A DNA stretch of 64,000 nt from Neocallimastix sp. 'constans' (lineage: Eukaryota): assembly GCA_050613775.1 (NCBI GenBank), contig JBODTK010000160.1:310001-374000 (forward strand), read 5' to 3'. A model generated the notes under the pieces. It saw only the letters and a list, made by a program, of their open reading frames with translations. It was not told the origin of the DNA and did not search any database. Below, piece by piece: positions 13,929 to 28,254 of this stretch. The position numbers and the translations under genes are program-made. Position 1 is the first letter of the stretch, and each line of letters begins with the position of its first letter.

Positions 13929-14463
13929 TTTATTTATTTTTTTTTTATTTATTTTATTAATTTATTTTATTAAATTTATTAATTAATCTTAATTTATTTT
14001 TATTTTTATTATTATTTAATTTCTATATTATTTTTATTTTTATTTTTATTTTTATTTAATTTCTATATTATTTTTATTTTTATTTTTTATTTTTATTTTA
14101 ATTTTTTAATATTATAATTCATATATAATATTATAAAAATATGTAAATATATAAATATTTAATATTTTTCCAAAAAAAAAAAAAAAGAGAGAACAGAAAC
14201 TTTTTTTTTTTTTTTTGTAGTTTACATTTTATCCTAATATAAATATACATATATAATATAATATATTTATAATAATTTTTTATTACTTTCTATTTAAACT
14301 TTAAAAAATAATATAAATGTATTCATTTATATAAATGGTAAAAATGGTAAAAATAATTATTATTATTATTATTATATTTTATTTTCCATTTATTATATTT
14401 ATATATATACTTTTATATTTTTATATTTATTAATATATATATAAATCTAAAAACAAAATAAAT

Positions 14464-14499
<36 letters not shown>

Positions 14500-14970
14500 T
14501 AAATTAAATTTTAATTAATTTATTTAAATCAGTTTAATAAAATTTCATTTTATGGTTACACAAATTTTTAATATATCTTTTTTTTTTAACTCAACCACTT
14601 CCACCAACAAAAAAAATAAAAATAAATGAATGAATGAATAAATCTTTATATTTCTTTTTTCTGGTTTTTGTGGGTAGAAAAAAAGTAAAATAATATATAT
14701 ATATATATTATTTGGTTTAACTTTTTAACTTTATATTTAATGAAATGATTTTTATCTATACAAGGATTTAATAATTCTAAAGAAGAAAAAAAAAATTAAA
14801 ATTATTTTATTTTATATATATATATTTTATTTTATTTTTTATTTTTTTTTAAACTTTACGTTCATTTTATGTTAAATATCTTTAGTAATAATTATCATTA
14901 GGAATGCGTATGTGTATTTTTATTACTATAGTTAAAAAAAAAAAAAAAACAAGACTTTTAGTCAAATAAG

Positions 14971-15080
14971 TTAATAATGAATCATTAACTTTTCTAAGTT
15001 TCTAGTTTCATCGGTTTTGATAAAGTCCTCTTCAATGATTTCAATATAAGAACTTACCAACAAAGATGTAATAAATAAAT
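14971..15080 (-). pseudogene. Orphan, frameshifted exon 4 of the four-TM family
   Basis: Follows an AG acceptor (plus-strand CT at 15081-15082). It reads IY[+t]YYIFVG[+aagt]SYIEIIEEDFIKTDETRNLEKLMIHY*, matching the family exon 4 (IYYYICTGSYIQTFEKELEKSDEARKLE) with two small insertions. Exons 1-3 were not found upstream. Confidence 0.8.
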
Positions 15081-15546
15081 CTATGAAGGAAGAAAAAATT
15101 TTTATTTTTCATTTTCTAGTTTTTTATTTACTTAATTTTTTTTTTAATGTTTTAATTTATTAATTTTCTCCTTTTTATTTAGCTAATCCAAGAAATCAAT
15201 ATCAATTAGCAATATAATATTTTTATAATAAATATTTATATATATATTTAAGTGTTTGAAACCTTATTAAATAATAAAAAAAATATAGAATATAGAATAT
15301 ATAATAGAGAAATATAAAATATAAGATATAGAATATAAAATATAAAATATAAAATATAAAATATAAAATATAGAAATATGAAATATAGAAATATAAAATA
15401 TAAAATATGAAATATAGAAATATAGAAATATAGAAATATAGAAATATAAAATAAATATAGAAATATAAAATATAGAAATATAAATATATAAATATATAAA
15501 AAATACAGAAATGCAGAAATGAAGATTTATAAAAATATAAAATTAG

Positions 15547-15577
<31 letters not shown>

Positions 15578-15839
15578 TAGACAGAGAAAATAATACACTT
15601 CCATAAATTTAAATTTATTAATTTTTATTATAAAATAAAAAAATGTATGTAGGTAAAAAAGTATATTTAAAATTAAAAATAAAAATAAAAATTTAAAAAA
15701 AAAAAAAAAAAAAAAATACTATGTATTTTTATGATGTAATTTTTTTCGTCAAGTTGTACTATACAGGAATTTTTCCCTTCCTAATATATATATATATATA
15801 TAAAAAAAAAAATTAATAAAATTTAAAAGTAACATCTTT

Positions 15840-16178
15840 AAAATAGAGAGTGTGGTGTCCAATAAAACTCTCTCCTCCGGGGATTCATCATTTATTGAAC
15901 GACTAAGGCGAGATTCACCCTTTCGGTAGAAAATAGATGAGATAATCCTATATTATCATTATGCCTTATCAATACAGTACATACGACGTCAACGTCAACG
16001 CTCTTGGTTAAATTTGTCTGGTATTTTTTGAAATACCTATCAAATAATAGTTCAAAACGAACTACTTAGGATAGGTATTGTGTTAGTTTAGAATTCCGCT
16101 AAGCCCACATTTTTTTTTTTTTTTTATTGATTTTTTTTGTAAAATGTTCTAGATTCTTTAATCCAAAGGAATAATAAG

Positions 16179-16220
<42 letters not shown>

Positions 16221-16830
16221 GGGAATAGATTTAATAAGATTTCCTTTATAATACACTTAAAATTTACTCCATTTTGAAAAATGACTTTACTTAAGGGATG
16301 TCTTAGATCTCGAGATATAAAACATAGGTAACTCATAGTAGAATTATGGCTAAAGATAGTCTTTGTTCTCTGAATTTGTTTTATAATTTTTAGAGAAGGA
16401 TCTAATACACTAAAAAATAGACCAGTATTAATTAATGTTTGAATTCTAGCCGTTCTAGATTTGTTTGAATCAAGTAGAGGAGAACAATAAATAACTTTAC
16501 TAATAACAAAGGATTGAAGAACTTTTTTTTCTTTTTCTTTTTTTTTTTTTTCTTGTATACAATAGGAAATAAGTTTATTTGAAAAGAAACGAGTAAATGA
16601 AAAGAAGGAATTTTCTAATTTTTCATATTCATAAAATATTAGAATAAGAAGGAAGTAAGGAAAGATTCCTTACTTTATTTGCAAATAAAATGAAAAAGGT
16701 CATTCAATGATATCTAAAGATATACATCGACATAAAGAAAAGGTAAAATTTAACAAATATTGAATGGATTAAAATTTTGATCACCTTTCCCACAACAAAA
16801 GAAGAATTTAAGTAGGTCATTTCTTTTATT
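15840..16830 (-). mobile_element. Degenerate non-LTR (LINE-like) retrotransposon remnant
   Basis: GC-elevated island with broken minus-strand peptides. SFFSFTRFFSNKLI.../VLQSFVISKVIYCSPLLDSNKSRTARIQTLINTGL resembles an RT thumb region, and FCCGKGDQNFN resembles the start of a C-terminal zinc knuckle. Interrupted by stops and poly-A/T expansions. Confidence 0.5.
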
Positions 16831-17362
16831 ATTAAATTTATTAAAAAATACTTTTAATTTTTTATTACATTTAAACAATTATTTTCTATCTTTTTATTTT
16901 TAAATTAATATTTATTTATATTTGTTTATTAAAGAAAAAAAAAAAAAAAATACATGAAAATAAAACACATGAAAATGTTTACATTAATATTAAAAAACTA
17001 CGGAGAGTTTCGAGGATGAAATGGCCTCTTACTCCTATTGATTGACAATAATTTCATTTTTATAATTATTATCAATCGAATCTAATTCAAAATTACATAT
17101 TATTAAAGATATTCATATATTTATATTTCCCTATAATTAATTATTTTTTATTCTTTTTATTTTATTTTATTTTTTTTTTTTTTTGTAAAATTTTTATTTT
17201 TTTATGTTTTATTTAAAAAAACTCTAAATTCTTTATCTAATTTATTTTTTTATTTTATATTTAATTAATTTAATTTTTAAATTAATTTTTATAGTTTTTT
17301 TTTTTTTTTTTTTTTTGATTATTTTTTAATTTTCTAAAATTCTTTTTATGATATTATTTCAT

Positions 17363-18295
17363 TTAGTATTGATTATTTTCTAATTTTCTGGCTTCATCAC
17401 TCTTTTCTAATTCTTTTTCAAAAGTTTGGATGTAAGAACCAGTACAGATATAATAGTAAATCTATTTTTTTTTTTTTTATTTAAAAAAGATAAAAAAAAA
17501 ATTATTATAAACCATTTTCCAAGGGAAAAAAAATTAAATACTCAGTAATATATCTCTAATAAAATAAATATATTCAAAAAGACTTACGTTTAAACCATAA
17601 AATATGAAATAGGTGACTAAAGAAAATATTAACATTGTATTGACTGCAGTATTAATGGCTTCAGCATTTTTTTGGTATTGCATATTGAATTCTGCATTAT
17701 TATAACTTTGAGTAGCGGCTTCTTGGTTAAGTATTTTTGAAAAAGCGTCTTTGAAGAAGAAAAAGACAACAACAAGAAGAATAATACTTATTCCTTCAAG
17801 AATAAGGTTAACTAAGAATACATAGATAAATTGTTTCATGTAGGATAATTTTCCCTATTTTCAAAAAAAAATTTTTTTTCATAATTTTAATAATATTATT
17901 ATATTAAATATGTTATTTATTATTAAAGAATACTACTATATTCATACATTAAATAAACCAATAGCTAAGAAGATTAATGAGACTAAGATAGCAATAGAAT
18001 AAAATAGTGTGAAAATATTACTGATAGAATAAATTGTAGATAAACCATATAATATCTATAAATTATATAATTTTATTATTAATATATATCAATTATTTTT
18101 ATTTATTTTCTTTAAAAAATTTTTTTTCAAAATTATGAAACTTTTTCTAACTATGGCTTATAAAAAATACTCGAAAATTTATGTAAAATTTCTAACACTT
18201 ACAGCCATTATAATGGTACAAACTTTGATGGCAACATCAAAGCTCATACAGCAACAGCAGTAACATTTGTTAATTTCTGGAAAACGAATACCCAT
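17363..18295 (-). CDS. Four-TM Cys-cluster membrane protein, paralog 4 (188 aa; longest TM3-TM4 loop)
   Basis: Exons 18295-18203, 18055-17948, 17854-17588, 17461-17363; GT..AG, phase 0. MGIRFPEINKCYCCCCMSFDVAIKVCTIIMA / ILYGLSTIYSISNIFTLFYSIAILVSLIFLAIGLFN / GKLSYMKQFIYVF...FYGLN / IYYYICTGSYIQTFEKELEKSDEARKLENNQY*. Confidence 0.93.
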
Positions 18296-18784
18296 TTTTA
18301 TTTATTTTTACTTATAATTTAAATATTTTAAGGTTTTTTTTTTTTTTATTATTAAAATATATATATTTAATTTTTTTTAATATTTTTTTCTTTAAGGTAA
18401 AAAATGGAAGGTAATTTATTCTCCTTTTATAGTTTCAATCTATGTCCTACCCTTCTATGGAATTTGTATTTGAATAGTAATATATACAATATAGAAATAT
18501 AATTTGAAACCTTAAAAAATAATAAAATTTTTAAAAAAAAAATATTGTAAATAGTTTGTGCCTGATTTAATTTAACTAAAAAAAAAAAAAAAAAATAATA
18601 ATAAATAAAAAAAATATATAAAAAAAGTGTAATATATATTATATAATAATATAAATCAATTAGAAATAATTTAAAATTAAATAAAAATATATATACATAT
18701 ATATAAGTCAATATAAATGAACTTAAAATTCTATTAAATATAAATTTTCTGTATTTCCTCGTATTCTATTGGTTAAAAGTTTAT

Positions 18785-19200
18785 TTAATACATATTATAC
18801 AAAAAAATTTTTATTAGGAATTAACCTTTTTTTTTTAATATTACACAATACTTGATTTTTTGACTAAACCATATTTAATATATTAAAATATAATAAAAAA
18901 AAAAAAGATACGACATAAAAGAAATTATATTAAATTATATTGATAACATATAAACAATAGACAGTATTATATATAATATATAATATAAATTAAAAATGAA
19001 TATCGAGTAGTCTAGATATATTTATTATAATGTAATTGATAAAATATCAATAATATAATATAATATAATATAATCTTTGATGATATAAATAAAAAAAAAG
19101 TAATAAAATAAAATAAAATACAACATCAAAATAAATAATAATATTAAAATGATTTTGATAATGAAAAGTGGTTTAATTATTTAAATATAAAATAAAATAT
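18785..19200. repeat. ~420 bp non-coding block upstream of paralog 4, duplicated at ~36138-36560 upstream of paralog 8
   Basis: Near-identical text in both places: 'ttaggaattaacc...ttacacaatacttgattttttgactaaacc...gatacgacataaaagaaatt...tagtctagatat...gaaaagtggtttaattatttaaatataaaataaaatat'. Confidence 0.9.
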
Positions 19201-19519
19201 AAAAAAAAATATTGATATAAAATAAAATTGATTAAAATTTTAAACAATTTTGATTAATTAAAATTTATTTTATTAATATATAATTTTTTTTTTTTTTTGA
19301 GGTGGAAAACAATAGTAAAATAAAAAAAAAATATTTATATATATTTATATACTGAATATATCTATTAAATAAAAAAAAATATATTGAATATATCTATTAA
19401 ATAGTCTAATATATATTAAATTATTTACATTATATAGTAAATAGTATAATTTTTTTAATGAATAATTATATATATAAAGTATTAAATAGTCAATTTTACA
19501 TAAATATTTTTTAAATTAA

Positions 19520-20290
19520 CTATTTATTATTTATTATTTATTATTCATTATTAAATATTCTTTTATTATTATCTATTATTTTTTTATTTATTATTTATTA
19601 TTAATTATTTATTATTTATTATTCATTATTCATTATTAAATATTCTTTTATTATTATTTATTATTTATTATTTATTATTTATTATTTAATTATTTAATTA
19701 TTTAATTATTTTATTTGTTATTTATTATAAATATCTTTTATAATTTTATAATTTTTTAATTTTATTATTTATTATTTACTATTTATTATTTATTCATTTA
19801 TTATTTATTATTTATTATTCAGTTATTTATTATTTATTATTCAATTATTTATTATTTATTATTCAATTATTTATTACTTATTATTTATTATTTATTAATT
19901 ATTATTTATTATTTATTATTTATTATTTATTATTTATTATTTATTATTTATTCATTTATTATTTATTATTTATTCATTTATTATTTATTATTTATTATTC
20001 AGTTATTTATTATTTATTATTCAATTATTTATTATTCAATTATTTATTACTTATTATTTATTATTTATTAATTATTAATTATATTATCTATTATTTAATT
20101 ATTTAGTTATTTAATAATTTTATTATATAATTATTTAATAATTTTATTATTTAATAATTTTTATTATTTATTATTATTTATTATTTATTATTTATTTTTC
20201 AAATATTTATTACTTATTACTTATTATTTATTATTTATTATCTATTATTTAATTATTTAATTATTTTATTTGTTATTTATTATAAATATC
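19520..20290. repeat. (TTTATTA)n-type degenerate minisatellite
   Basis: 7-mer TTTATTA with TTCATTA/CTTATTA/TTCAATTA variants. Confidence 0.85.
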
Positions 20291-20413
20291 TTTTTTCATA
20301 ATTTTTTAATTTTTTTAATTATTATTTTTTTTATTTTATTTAATTTGCAAATTGAAATTTTTTTTATCCAATAATTTTTTTTTGGTAAAAATTCATGGTT
20401 TAAATTAAATATT

Positions 20414-20454
<41 letters not shown>

Positions 20455-22379
20455 CAGATAACAGAAAAATCTAAAGTTTAAAATAAAAAAAAAAAAAAAA
20501 CTAAGTGAATAATTATTAAAAATATATAAAAATGATTAATTTATATAATTATTTTAATAATAATGAATTAATGAATCAAATTCCCTAAAAAGATTAATAT
20601 AATAATATTAATAAATGTAACAAGAAAATATGCAATAAAATATAATTAATTCTTTTTTTTTTTTTTATTTTATTTTATTTTTTATTTTAGACTGATATTA
20701 ATGAGATAGGAGAGGAAGACCATAGGACTTACAGCTCTCCCATAAACACATCCGTCTTTCATTAGATTCTTTACCATACCATTTAGGCGTTGACTGAAGC
20801 CTCTCCCTAAGCATGATTTTTTAAAAGCGAGATTCTTTATCAGTGATCTTTTGAATCATCACTGAGGTAGAAATAACTACAATATTTCTCTTTCAGATCA
20901 AGTGCTCTCTGCACTAGCAATTATATAATCGGACGACAAGAGTACTTAAACCATGGTGAGCGAACACTAACTTCATCTATTTGGAAAAAACACTCTCTAA
21001 ATTTTATTAATTTCACCATATAAATTCATGAGGTAGTCGCGGTGGTCAATGCAGAAATCTTATGTGTGTTAACCACTATTATGAATAACTGGAAAGACAA
21101 TATAAAAGAATGAATTTTTTTTTTTTTTTCTCATGACTAGGAATAAACTTTAATAAATTTTATTAAAAAAAAAAATTATTTCATTTAATAATATTTTTTA
21201 TGTAATCAATTTTAATTATGATTAATTTTATAATTTCATAATATGACAGATAATTTATTTTTATATAAATTTAATGTACTATATTTTATTATTAATTAAA
21301 GTTTATATAATTTAATTCCTTATCAAGATAATATAATATTATTAAATTATGAATATGTTAATTATACACCTTACATTATATAATGATAATTGAAATCAAA
21401 ATATATTAAATATAAATATATTATTCAATTTTTTTTTATATATATTTATATTTATTTTACTTTTTTTTTTCCATAGTAAATCTCATTAATTTAAAGTTTA
21501 TTTAATAAATCCTAAAAAAGAATTTTTTGTGAAACATTTAACATTTTTAATGTTGCACAATATTTGATCTTTTAACTGCACCATATTCCAGACTTTTTTC
21601 AATAAATTAAAATTAAAAAATAAATAAATAAATAAATAAATAATAATACCCAAAATATATAATATATATGCAATACAACAATTTTAGGATATATAAATTT
21701 CATTTTAATGAGTTAATATAATATCAATATTAATATAATATATTAAACAACTTTAAAAAAATTTAAAAAAAATTTTAGAAAAAATTTAAAAAAAATTTTA
21801 AAAAAAATTTATAAAAAATTTAAAAAAAATTTAAAAAAAAATATTCTAAGCCTTATAATAATTATTAAAAGTTTTATTTATTAACTAAAAAATAAATAGT
21901 TTGTTAATTATTTAACAAAATTTTATTATTAGTTTTATTTTTATTATTAGTTTTATTTTTATTATTAGTTTTATTTTTATTATCATTATTTTATTTATTT
22001 TTTTTCTTTTTATAAAATTTAATTTATTTTAATATGTATTAATTTTTGTATTAATTTTTTTTATTTTTTTTAATTAATTTATTTATTTATTTATTTATTT
22101 ATTTTTTGAGGGAGGTATTAATTTATTGTGATTAATTTTTTTTTTTTATTACTCAATGATATAAATAAAATATTGAAATAAAAACTGTATATGAAATACA
22201 AAAAATTAATTATATATGAAATCTTAAATACAAAATATTAATTATATATAAAAAAAGAAAAAATAAATACAAAATATTAATTATATATATAAAAAAGAAA
22301 AATAAATACAAAAAATTAATTATATAAATAAAAAAATATATATTAATATTTAGGTTAAAAAAAAAAACAAATCTAAATT

Positions 22380-22860
22380 TATATGGCGGTTGGTTTTAAA
22401 ATTTATCATTTATATTAAGTTCTCCGGATGTGGATGCATGCATGGTACGAACAGACGAACTTTCTCAAATCCGAGTTTAATATCACTAACGAGAAAGATT
22501 TTTTATAATTTTACAATATTGAAGCTAAAAGAATGAAGTCTTTGGAATATAAATTGGAAAACTATAAATGATTTTGATGGTACTATTACGTATCCATTTT
22601 TTAGAATTAATAAAGAAAACCCTATATATCACTGGGAATGCTTATAAAGAATTATTTGAAAACCCAGTTAAAGAAAAAGTTATGGAACGATAAGTTGACG
22701 AAGTTTTTATAAAAATCAAAAGAAGAAATCATTGAAAATGAAGTGGAAACAAAGAAATTGCCACGTTCATCATTCAAGTTTTTACTTTAACGTAATGTAG
22801 AAGAAAATGTATAAGAAGCTACTTTTAGAAACTATGATGAAAAATCAGTCATAGTTGCTT

Positions 22861-22894
<34 letters not shown>

Positions 22895-23280
22895 TTAAAA
22901 TCGCTATGAAAGATTAAGTTTAATCCAGAAGTTAACGAGGTTGTTCAGCCTAAAATTGAGAAAATTATTCAAGAATCTACCAAATTAAAATTTACAGATG
23001 TACCTTCTGAAGAAGGTATTTTTAGAAATAAAAATAACTGAAAAATGAGGTGGAAAAGGAAACTAGTATTGAGGAATCATCCACTAAGAAACAAATAACT
23101 ACAAAAATTGACAAAGAAATGGTTATTGAGGAACAACCAATTAAGAAACAACAAATAAATCAAATTGATGAATGATAGTGTTAAATCATCGCCTAAATAA
23201 TTAAGTTGAAAGAAGAATAGTTAAAATAAAATGGATGCTTGCCCTAAGAAGATTGGAGATATGTGATTGAATAGATAGAT
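22380..23280 (+). mobile_element. Degenerate coding remnant, possibly LTR-retrotransposon gag-like
   Basis: GC-elevated, E/K-rich broken frames on the + strand (PDVDA..WYEQTNFLKSEFNITNEKDF; WKTINDFDGTITYPF; NPEVNEVVQPKIEKIIQESTKLKFTDVPSEEGIF). Multiple stops and frameshifts; no pol domains recognised. Confidence 0.35.
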
Positions 23281-23326
23281 TTTATATTTTTTTGGAAATA
23301 GAAAAAGGAAATAAAGAAAATTATCA

Positions 23327-23357
<31 letters not shown>

Positions 23358-25085
23358 AGAATAATAATAAAAGTATTAACAAAAAAAGGAAATAAAATTA
23401 ATTATGGAAAAAAAAATAAAAATCGCCAAGAAATGTTAAAATAGAAATCTAATAAAAATTTAACATTAACTTTTAAGGACCTAAAAATTTCAAAAAAAAT
23501 AAAAAAAAAAAAAATTCAGAAAATTTATTATAATAAAAATAAAAATTAGAAATTTCGTAAGATGAAAAAAAAAAAAAAAAAAAGAGAAATTATAAAGTAT
23601 AATATTTGAAATTTCAAAAAATCCGAACAAATAGAACAAAGAATATTTGACATTTTTCAAATAGAGAAAACCAATTAAAAAATTAAAAACTTGTCAAAGT
23701 TAGCCAATGCTATTGATGGTATGTTAATTTAAGACGAATGATATACAATATACAATATATATACAATATATAATGTATATATAAACCTTAATAAATATAA
23801 AAATTAATTTTACATAAAAACATAAATATATTAATATTTATGTTAAAATGAAAAATTAAACATAAATTTATGATTGAAGCTGATATTAAGATTAGATCAA
23901 ATGTTAAATAAATATGAAATCACACTAAAACATAAAACTATGAAAAGTTTTAGGAAAAAAAGAAAAAAAAAATTTTTTTTTTTTTAAAAAACTTCAATTG
24001 TTTATTAATTTTATAGTATTCATAAAATCATGAAATTAATGATATAGATATGAAAGGTATTTGGTATTATTTTTTAATATACGCTTTAATAGAAAACTTT
24101 TGTTTTATACTCTAAAAGTTATTAATAAAACTATTTAATATTTTTTTTTAATATACAAAGTTTATAAAAAGTATAAAAATAAAAATATTGAATAGAAAAA
24201 TTTGTTTTATAATATTCCTGTCATTTTAATATTTTTTTTTGTTTGATTTTTGACTTTTTTTAACTCTTAACTATTTATTTTCTCTCCTCTAAATATAATT
24301 ATAGATTTAATTTCTCTTTTAATTAATATTTAACAGTATATTTTATATGTATATAGATTTCTTTAAATTTTATTGAACCTTTTTCAAAACAATAAAATCC
24401 ACATTTTTTTTTTTTTTTTTTTAATTAATATATAAGATTTAATAATATCAAATTTTTTTTAATAAATATATATATTTAAATTTATATAGAATTAATAATT
24501 CTTTATTAATTAATAATTTGTCACTTTAAAAAAAAAAAAAAAAAAAAAAACAATAGTAGAAAAGTATACTGATTGTTTCATAATTTATAACATATCATTT
24601 TAAGGTTATCCCAAGTTAATTAATGAGACTTCTTTCCTTTTCAAATTCTTGTTTTTAATTGAAATATTTTTAATTTTTTTTTTTTTTGAATTATAAAAAT
24701 TTATTTGTATTAATAAATTCATACATACATTTATACATGTATACATGTATACATATATTTAAATGTATACATTTTTTATTCATAATATTTTTTATGACAA
24801 ATTTTAAATCTAGTTTGATTCATTTTCATTATTATAATAATATTAAAAATGAATACATAAGACTTTATTCTCAGATCCAATCAAAGTAAAAAAAAAAGAA
24901 AAAAAAAGGTATATAAAAAAAAAGGTATAAAAAATGTAAAAAAAAAATGTATAAAAATAGGTATAAAAAAATAGGTATAAAAAATATAAAAAAAAATATA
25001 TATAAAAAAGTATACAAAAAAAATAGGTTTAAAAGAAAATAGGTATAAAAAAAAATTCAAAAGAAAAAAGTTAAAAAGTAAAAAA

Positions 25086-25117
<32 letters not shown>

Positions 25118-26320
25118 GTAAAAAAAAAGTATACAAAAAAAAAATAAAAAAAAGTTTCAAAAATAAAAAAAAAAAAAAAAAAAAAAAGAGACAAAAAAAA
25201 AATTAAAACTTATTAATCATTTATTAATTTCAAATGTGTAACATGTAAATATATATGGTAATTTATTAATATATCTACTTATATAATAATATATTTAATA
25301 AAAGATTAAAAATAATAAATTTTTTTTTTTGGCTCTTTTTTTTTGGCTCTTTTTTTTTTTTTTTTTTGAAACTTTTTTTTTTTTATATTGTTTAAACCCT
25401 ATTAAATCCTATTTTGTACTGTTTTTTATATGTAATACAGATTTTAGATTATGTTACACGAATTTAAATCTTAATTTACATTGTTTTATCTATGTATAAC
25501 ATAAAAAAAAATTAATTATATAAATTAAAATTAAATTAAATATATATTAAATATAAATTTAAACTTTTAATTTATTTTGTGTATTTTTTTTTTTTATTTT
25601 TTACTAAATATATAATACATAAATAAGTAAATAAGTAAATAAATAAATAAATAAATAATAATAATTGATAGAATATGTAAATTATGAATGTGTATATGTC
25701 ATAACGAAATAGGTTACATTAGGAACCTGTATTAATAAATGGTCATAACAGCTATGAATTGATATGAATGATATGGTTTTGATGTTAATATTGGTCAAAA
25801 CCGGTATGTTGTTCAATTAATTAATAAAAGTTCCAGAAGTTACATCAATATATTAATATTTGAATCTAACATTATATAATGTAAAAATTATATCTATTGA
25901 ACATTAGTAATTTTTATCATAAAATATATAAAGTTGATAAAATCATAAATTTTTATAAATAATAATAATAATAATAATAATAGTAATAATAAAAGAATCC
26001 ATCATTAAATAATTTATATAATATTATTATTTAACTTTTATTAATAGTAAATAATGATTTTTTTTTTTTTTTTTTTTATAAAATAAAAAAGATTTGTGGT
26101 TACATCCATTGCTATTGGCTATCGGAAGAAATGTTTCTTTTCTACCTTTTTTTTTTTTTTTTCTATTTATTATTCTATTATATTAGTTTATTATTTATTT
26201 TATTATTTTATTATTTTATTTTTATTTTATTATTTTATTATTTTATTATTTTATTTTATTATTTTATTATTTATATACTATTATAAATTATATTTTAATT
26301 ATATTATGAAATTTAAGTTT

Positions 26321-26356
<36 letters not shown>

Positions 26357-26564
26357 GCAAGCAAAATAGGAAAAGTAAATATATAAAATTTTTTAATAAT
26401 TATTTTATATATTCAATATTAATAAATATATATATATTTTTATTATCCAAAAAATGTTATTTTGTATAATATAATGGATTAAAATAAATATAATTGGTGT
26501 TTTTTTTTTTTTTTTTTTTTGGATAATAGAAAAATTGATAGTTCAAGAAAGAAAGATTAATTAA

Positions 26565-27375
26565 AAAATAAAATAAAATAAAATAAAAAATAAAATAAAA
26601 TAAAATAAAATAAAATAAAATAAAATAAAATAAAATAAAATAAAATAAATTAAAATAAATAGTAGAAATATAAATATGAAGTACAGATTGAATAAAATAA
26701 AATAAAATAAAATAAAATAAAATAAAATAAAATAAATTAAAATAAATAGTAGAAATATAAATATGAAGTACAGATTGAATAAAATAAAATAAAATAAAAT
26801 AAAATAAAATAAAATAAAATAAAATAAAATAAAATAAAATAAAATAAAATAAAATAAAATAAAATAAAATAAAATAAAATAAAATAAAATAAAATAAAAT
26901 AAAATAAAATAAAATAAAATAAAATAAAATAAAATAAAATAAAATAAAATAAAATAAAATAAAATAAAATAAAATAAAATAAAATAAAATAAAATAAATT
27001 AAAATAAATAGTAGAAATATAAATATGAAGTACAGATTGAATAAAATAAAATAAAATAAAATAAAATAAAATAAAATAAAATAAATTAAAATAAATAGTA
27101 GAAATATAAATATGAAGTACAGATTGAATAAAATAAAATAAAATAAAATAAAATAAAATAAAATAAAATAAAATAAAATAAAATAAAATAAAATAAAATA
27201 AAATAAAATAAAATAAAATAAAATAAAATAAAATAAAATAAAATAAAATAAAATAAAATAAAATAAAATAAAATAAAATAAAATAAAATAAAATAAAATA
27301 AAATAAAATAAAATAAAATAAAATAAAATAAAATAAAATAAAATAAAATAAAATAAAATAAAATAAAATAAAATA
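26565..27375. repeat. (AAAAT)n satellite with four copies of a ~45-bp interrupting unit
   Basis: Pure AAAAT array interrupted by 'taaattaaaataaatagtagaaatataaatatgaagtacagattgaat' (GTACAGATTG at 26681, 26768, 27030, 27117). Confidence 0.95.
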
Positions 27376-27581
27376 ATGATAACAACAATCAACAATAAAT
27401 AAATAAAATTATTTTATTTTGTTAATGTATCATATATATACTAGAACATGACCTTACTTGATCTTTTAATGTAAGGAGGTGATTGAAAAAGTGAGAAGAA
27501 AAGGTTAAGAAAGAAAGTAGGGTTTTGGCAAATTTCTTAAGTCCAGATCAACCACAATGACAATTTGCCTATGGAATGAAT

Positions 27582-27623
<42 letters not shown>

Positions 27624-28254
27624 CTCTGTATTCTTTGAAATAATTATAGTATTATGATATGAATTGAAATTCATTCAACCGAAAACTATTTAATTGAAAT
27701 AAAAAAAAAAAATAAAATAAAAAATAAAAGTATCATCTCTAAAGGAAATGATGTAGTTCCCACAAAACCCTTCCTAAAACCAAGAGAAATATTATAATTG
27801 GTAAATTGAAATTTCAAAGATTTTTTGTGTGAAAAAAAATCATAATTTCTATTTGAATAGGATATACTCAAAGATTTTATAATATATATATATATATATA
27901 TTTAATTAATACCTTAATTATTAAAAAATAATAATAATAATAATAATAAAAAATAAAAAATAAATAAACATAAATATATATTATATATTTATATTTTTAA
28001 TTAAATTTTTACTTTTATTATTATTATTAACTGGTTTCATTGTTACATAAATAATATATATATATATTTATACTTTTCTATTAATAATTTGTATTTATTT
28101 GTAAAATTATATATATATATTTATTTTTTTTCTTTTTTTTTTTTTTTATTTTATCAATACTTTACTTTTTTATATATAATTTATTTATTTATTTATTTAT
28201 TTTTTTTTATGTTCTATGAATTTGATTTTTGTATTTGTTATTTTTTTTTTATTA

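Larger units (their letters stand above)
8700..14920. repeat. Head-to-tail segmental duplication carrying paralogs 2 and 3 (units ~8700-12135 and ~12140-14920)
   Basis: Near-identical non-coding flanks: 'aaatatttatatgtaaagtattacataattataatt' at ~8709 and ~12147, and 'tttagtaataattatcatta.gaatgcgtatgtgtatttt' at ~12095 and ~14881. The junction lies in the poly(T) at 12131-12146. Confidence 0.9.

Noticed and set aside
20893..20906. U2 snRNA (AGATCAAGTG match)
   Set aside because: The match stops before the branch-pairing GUAGUA and the flanks do not resemble U2.
26457..27395. 312-aa and 100-aa FYFIL-repeat ORFs
   Set aside because: Translations of the (AAAAT)n satellite; they are stop-free only because of the repeat.
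27440..27871. GC-elevated patches and the 61-aa minus ORF (LGFRKGF) as an RT fragment
   Set aside because: Only a weak resemblance to the LINE 'QxGFR' motif with no supporting neighbouring motifs; left unassigned.
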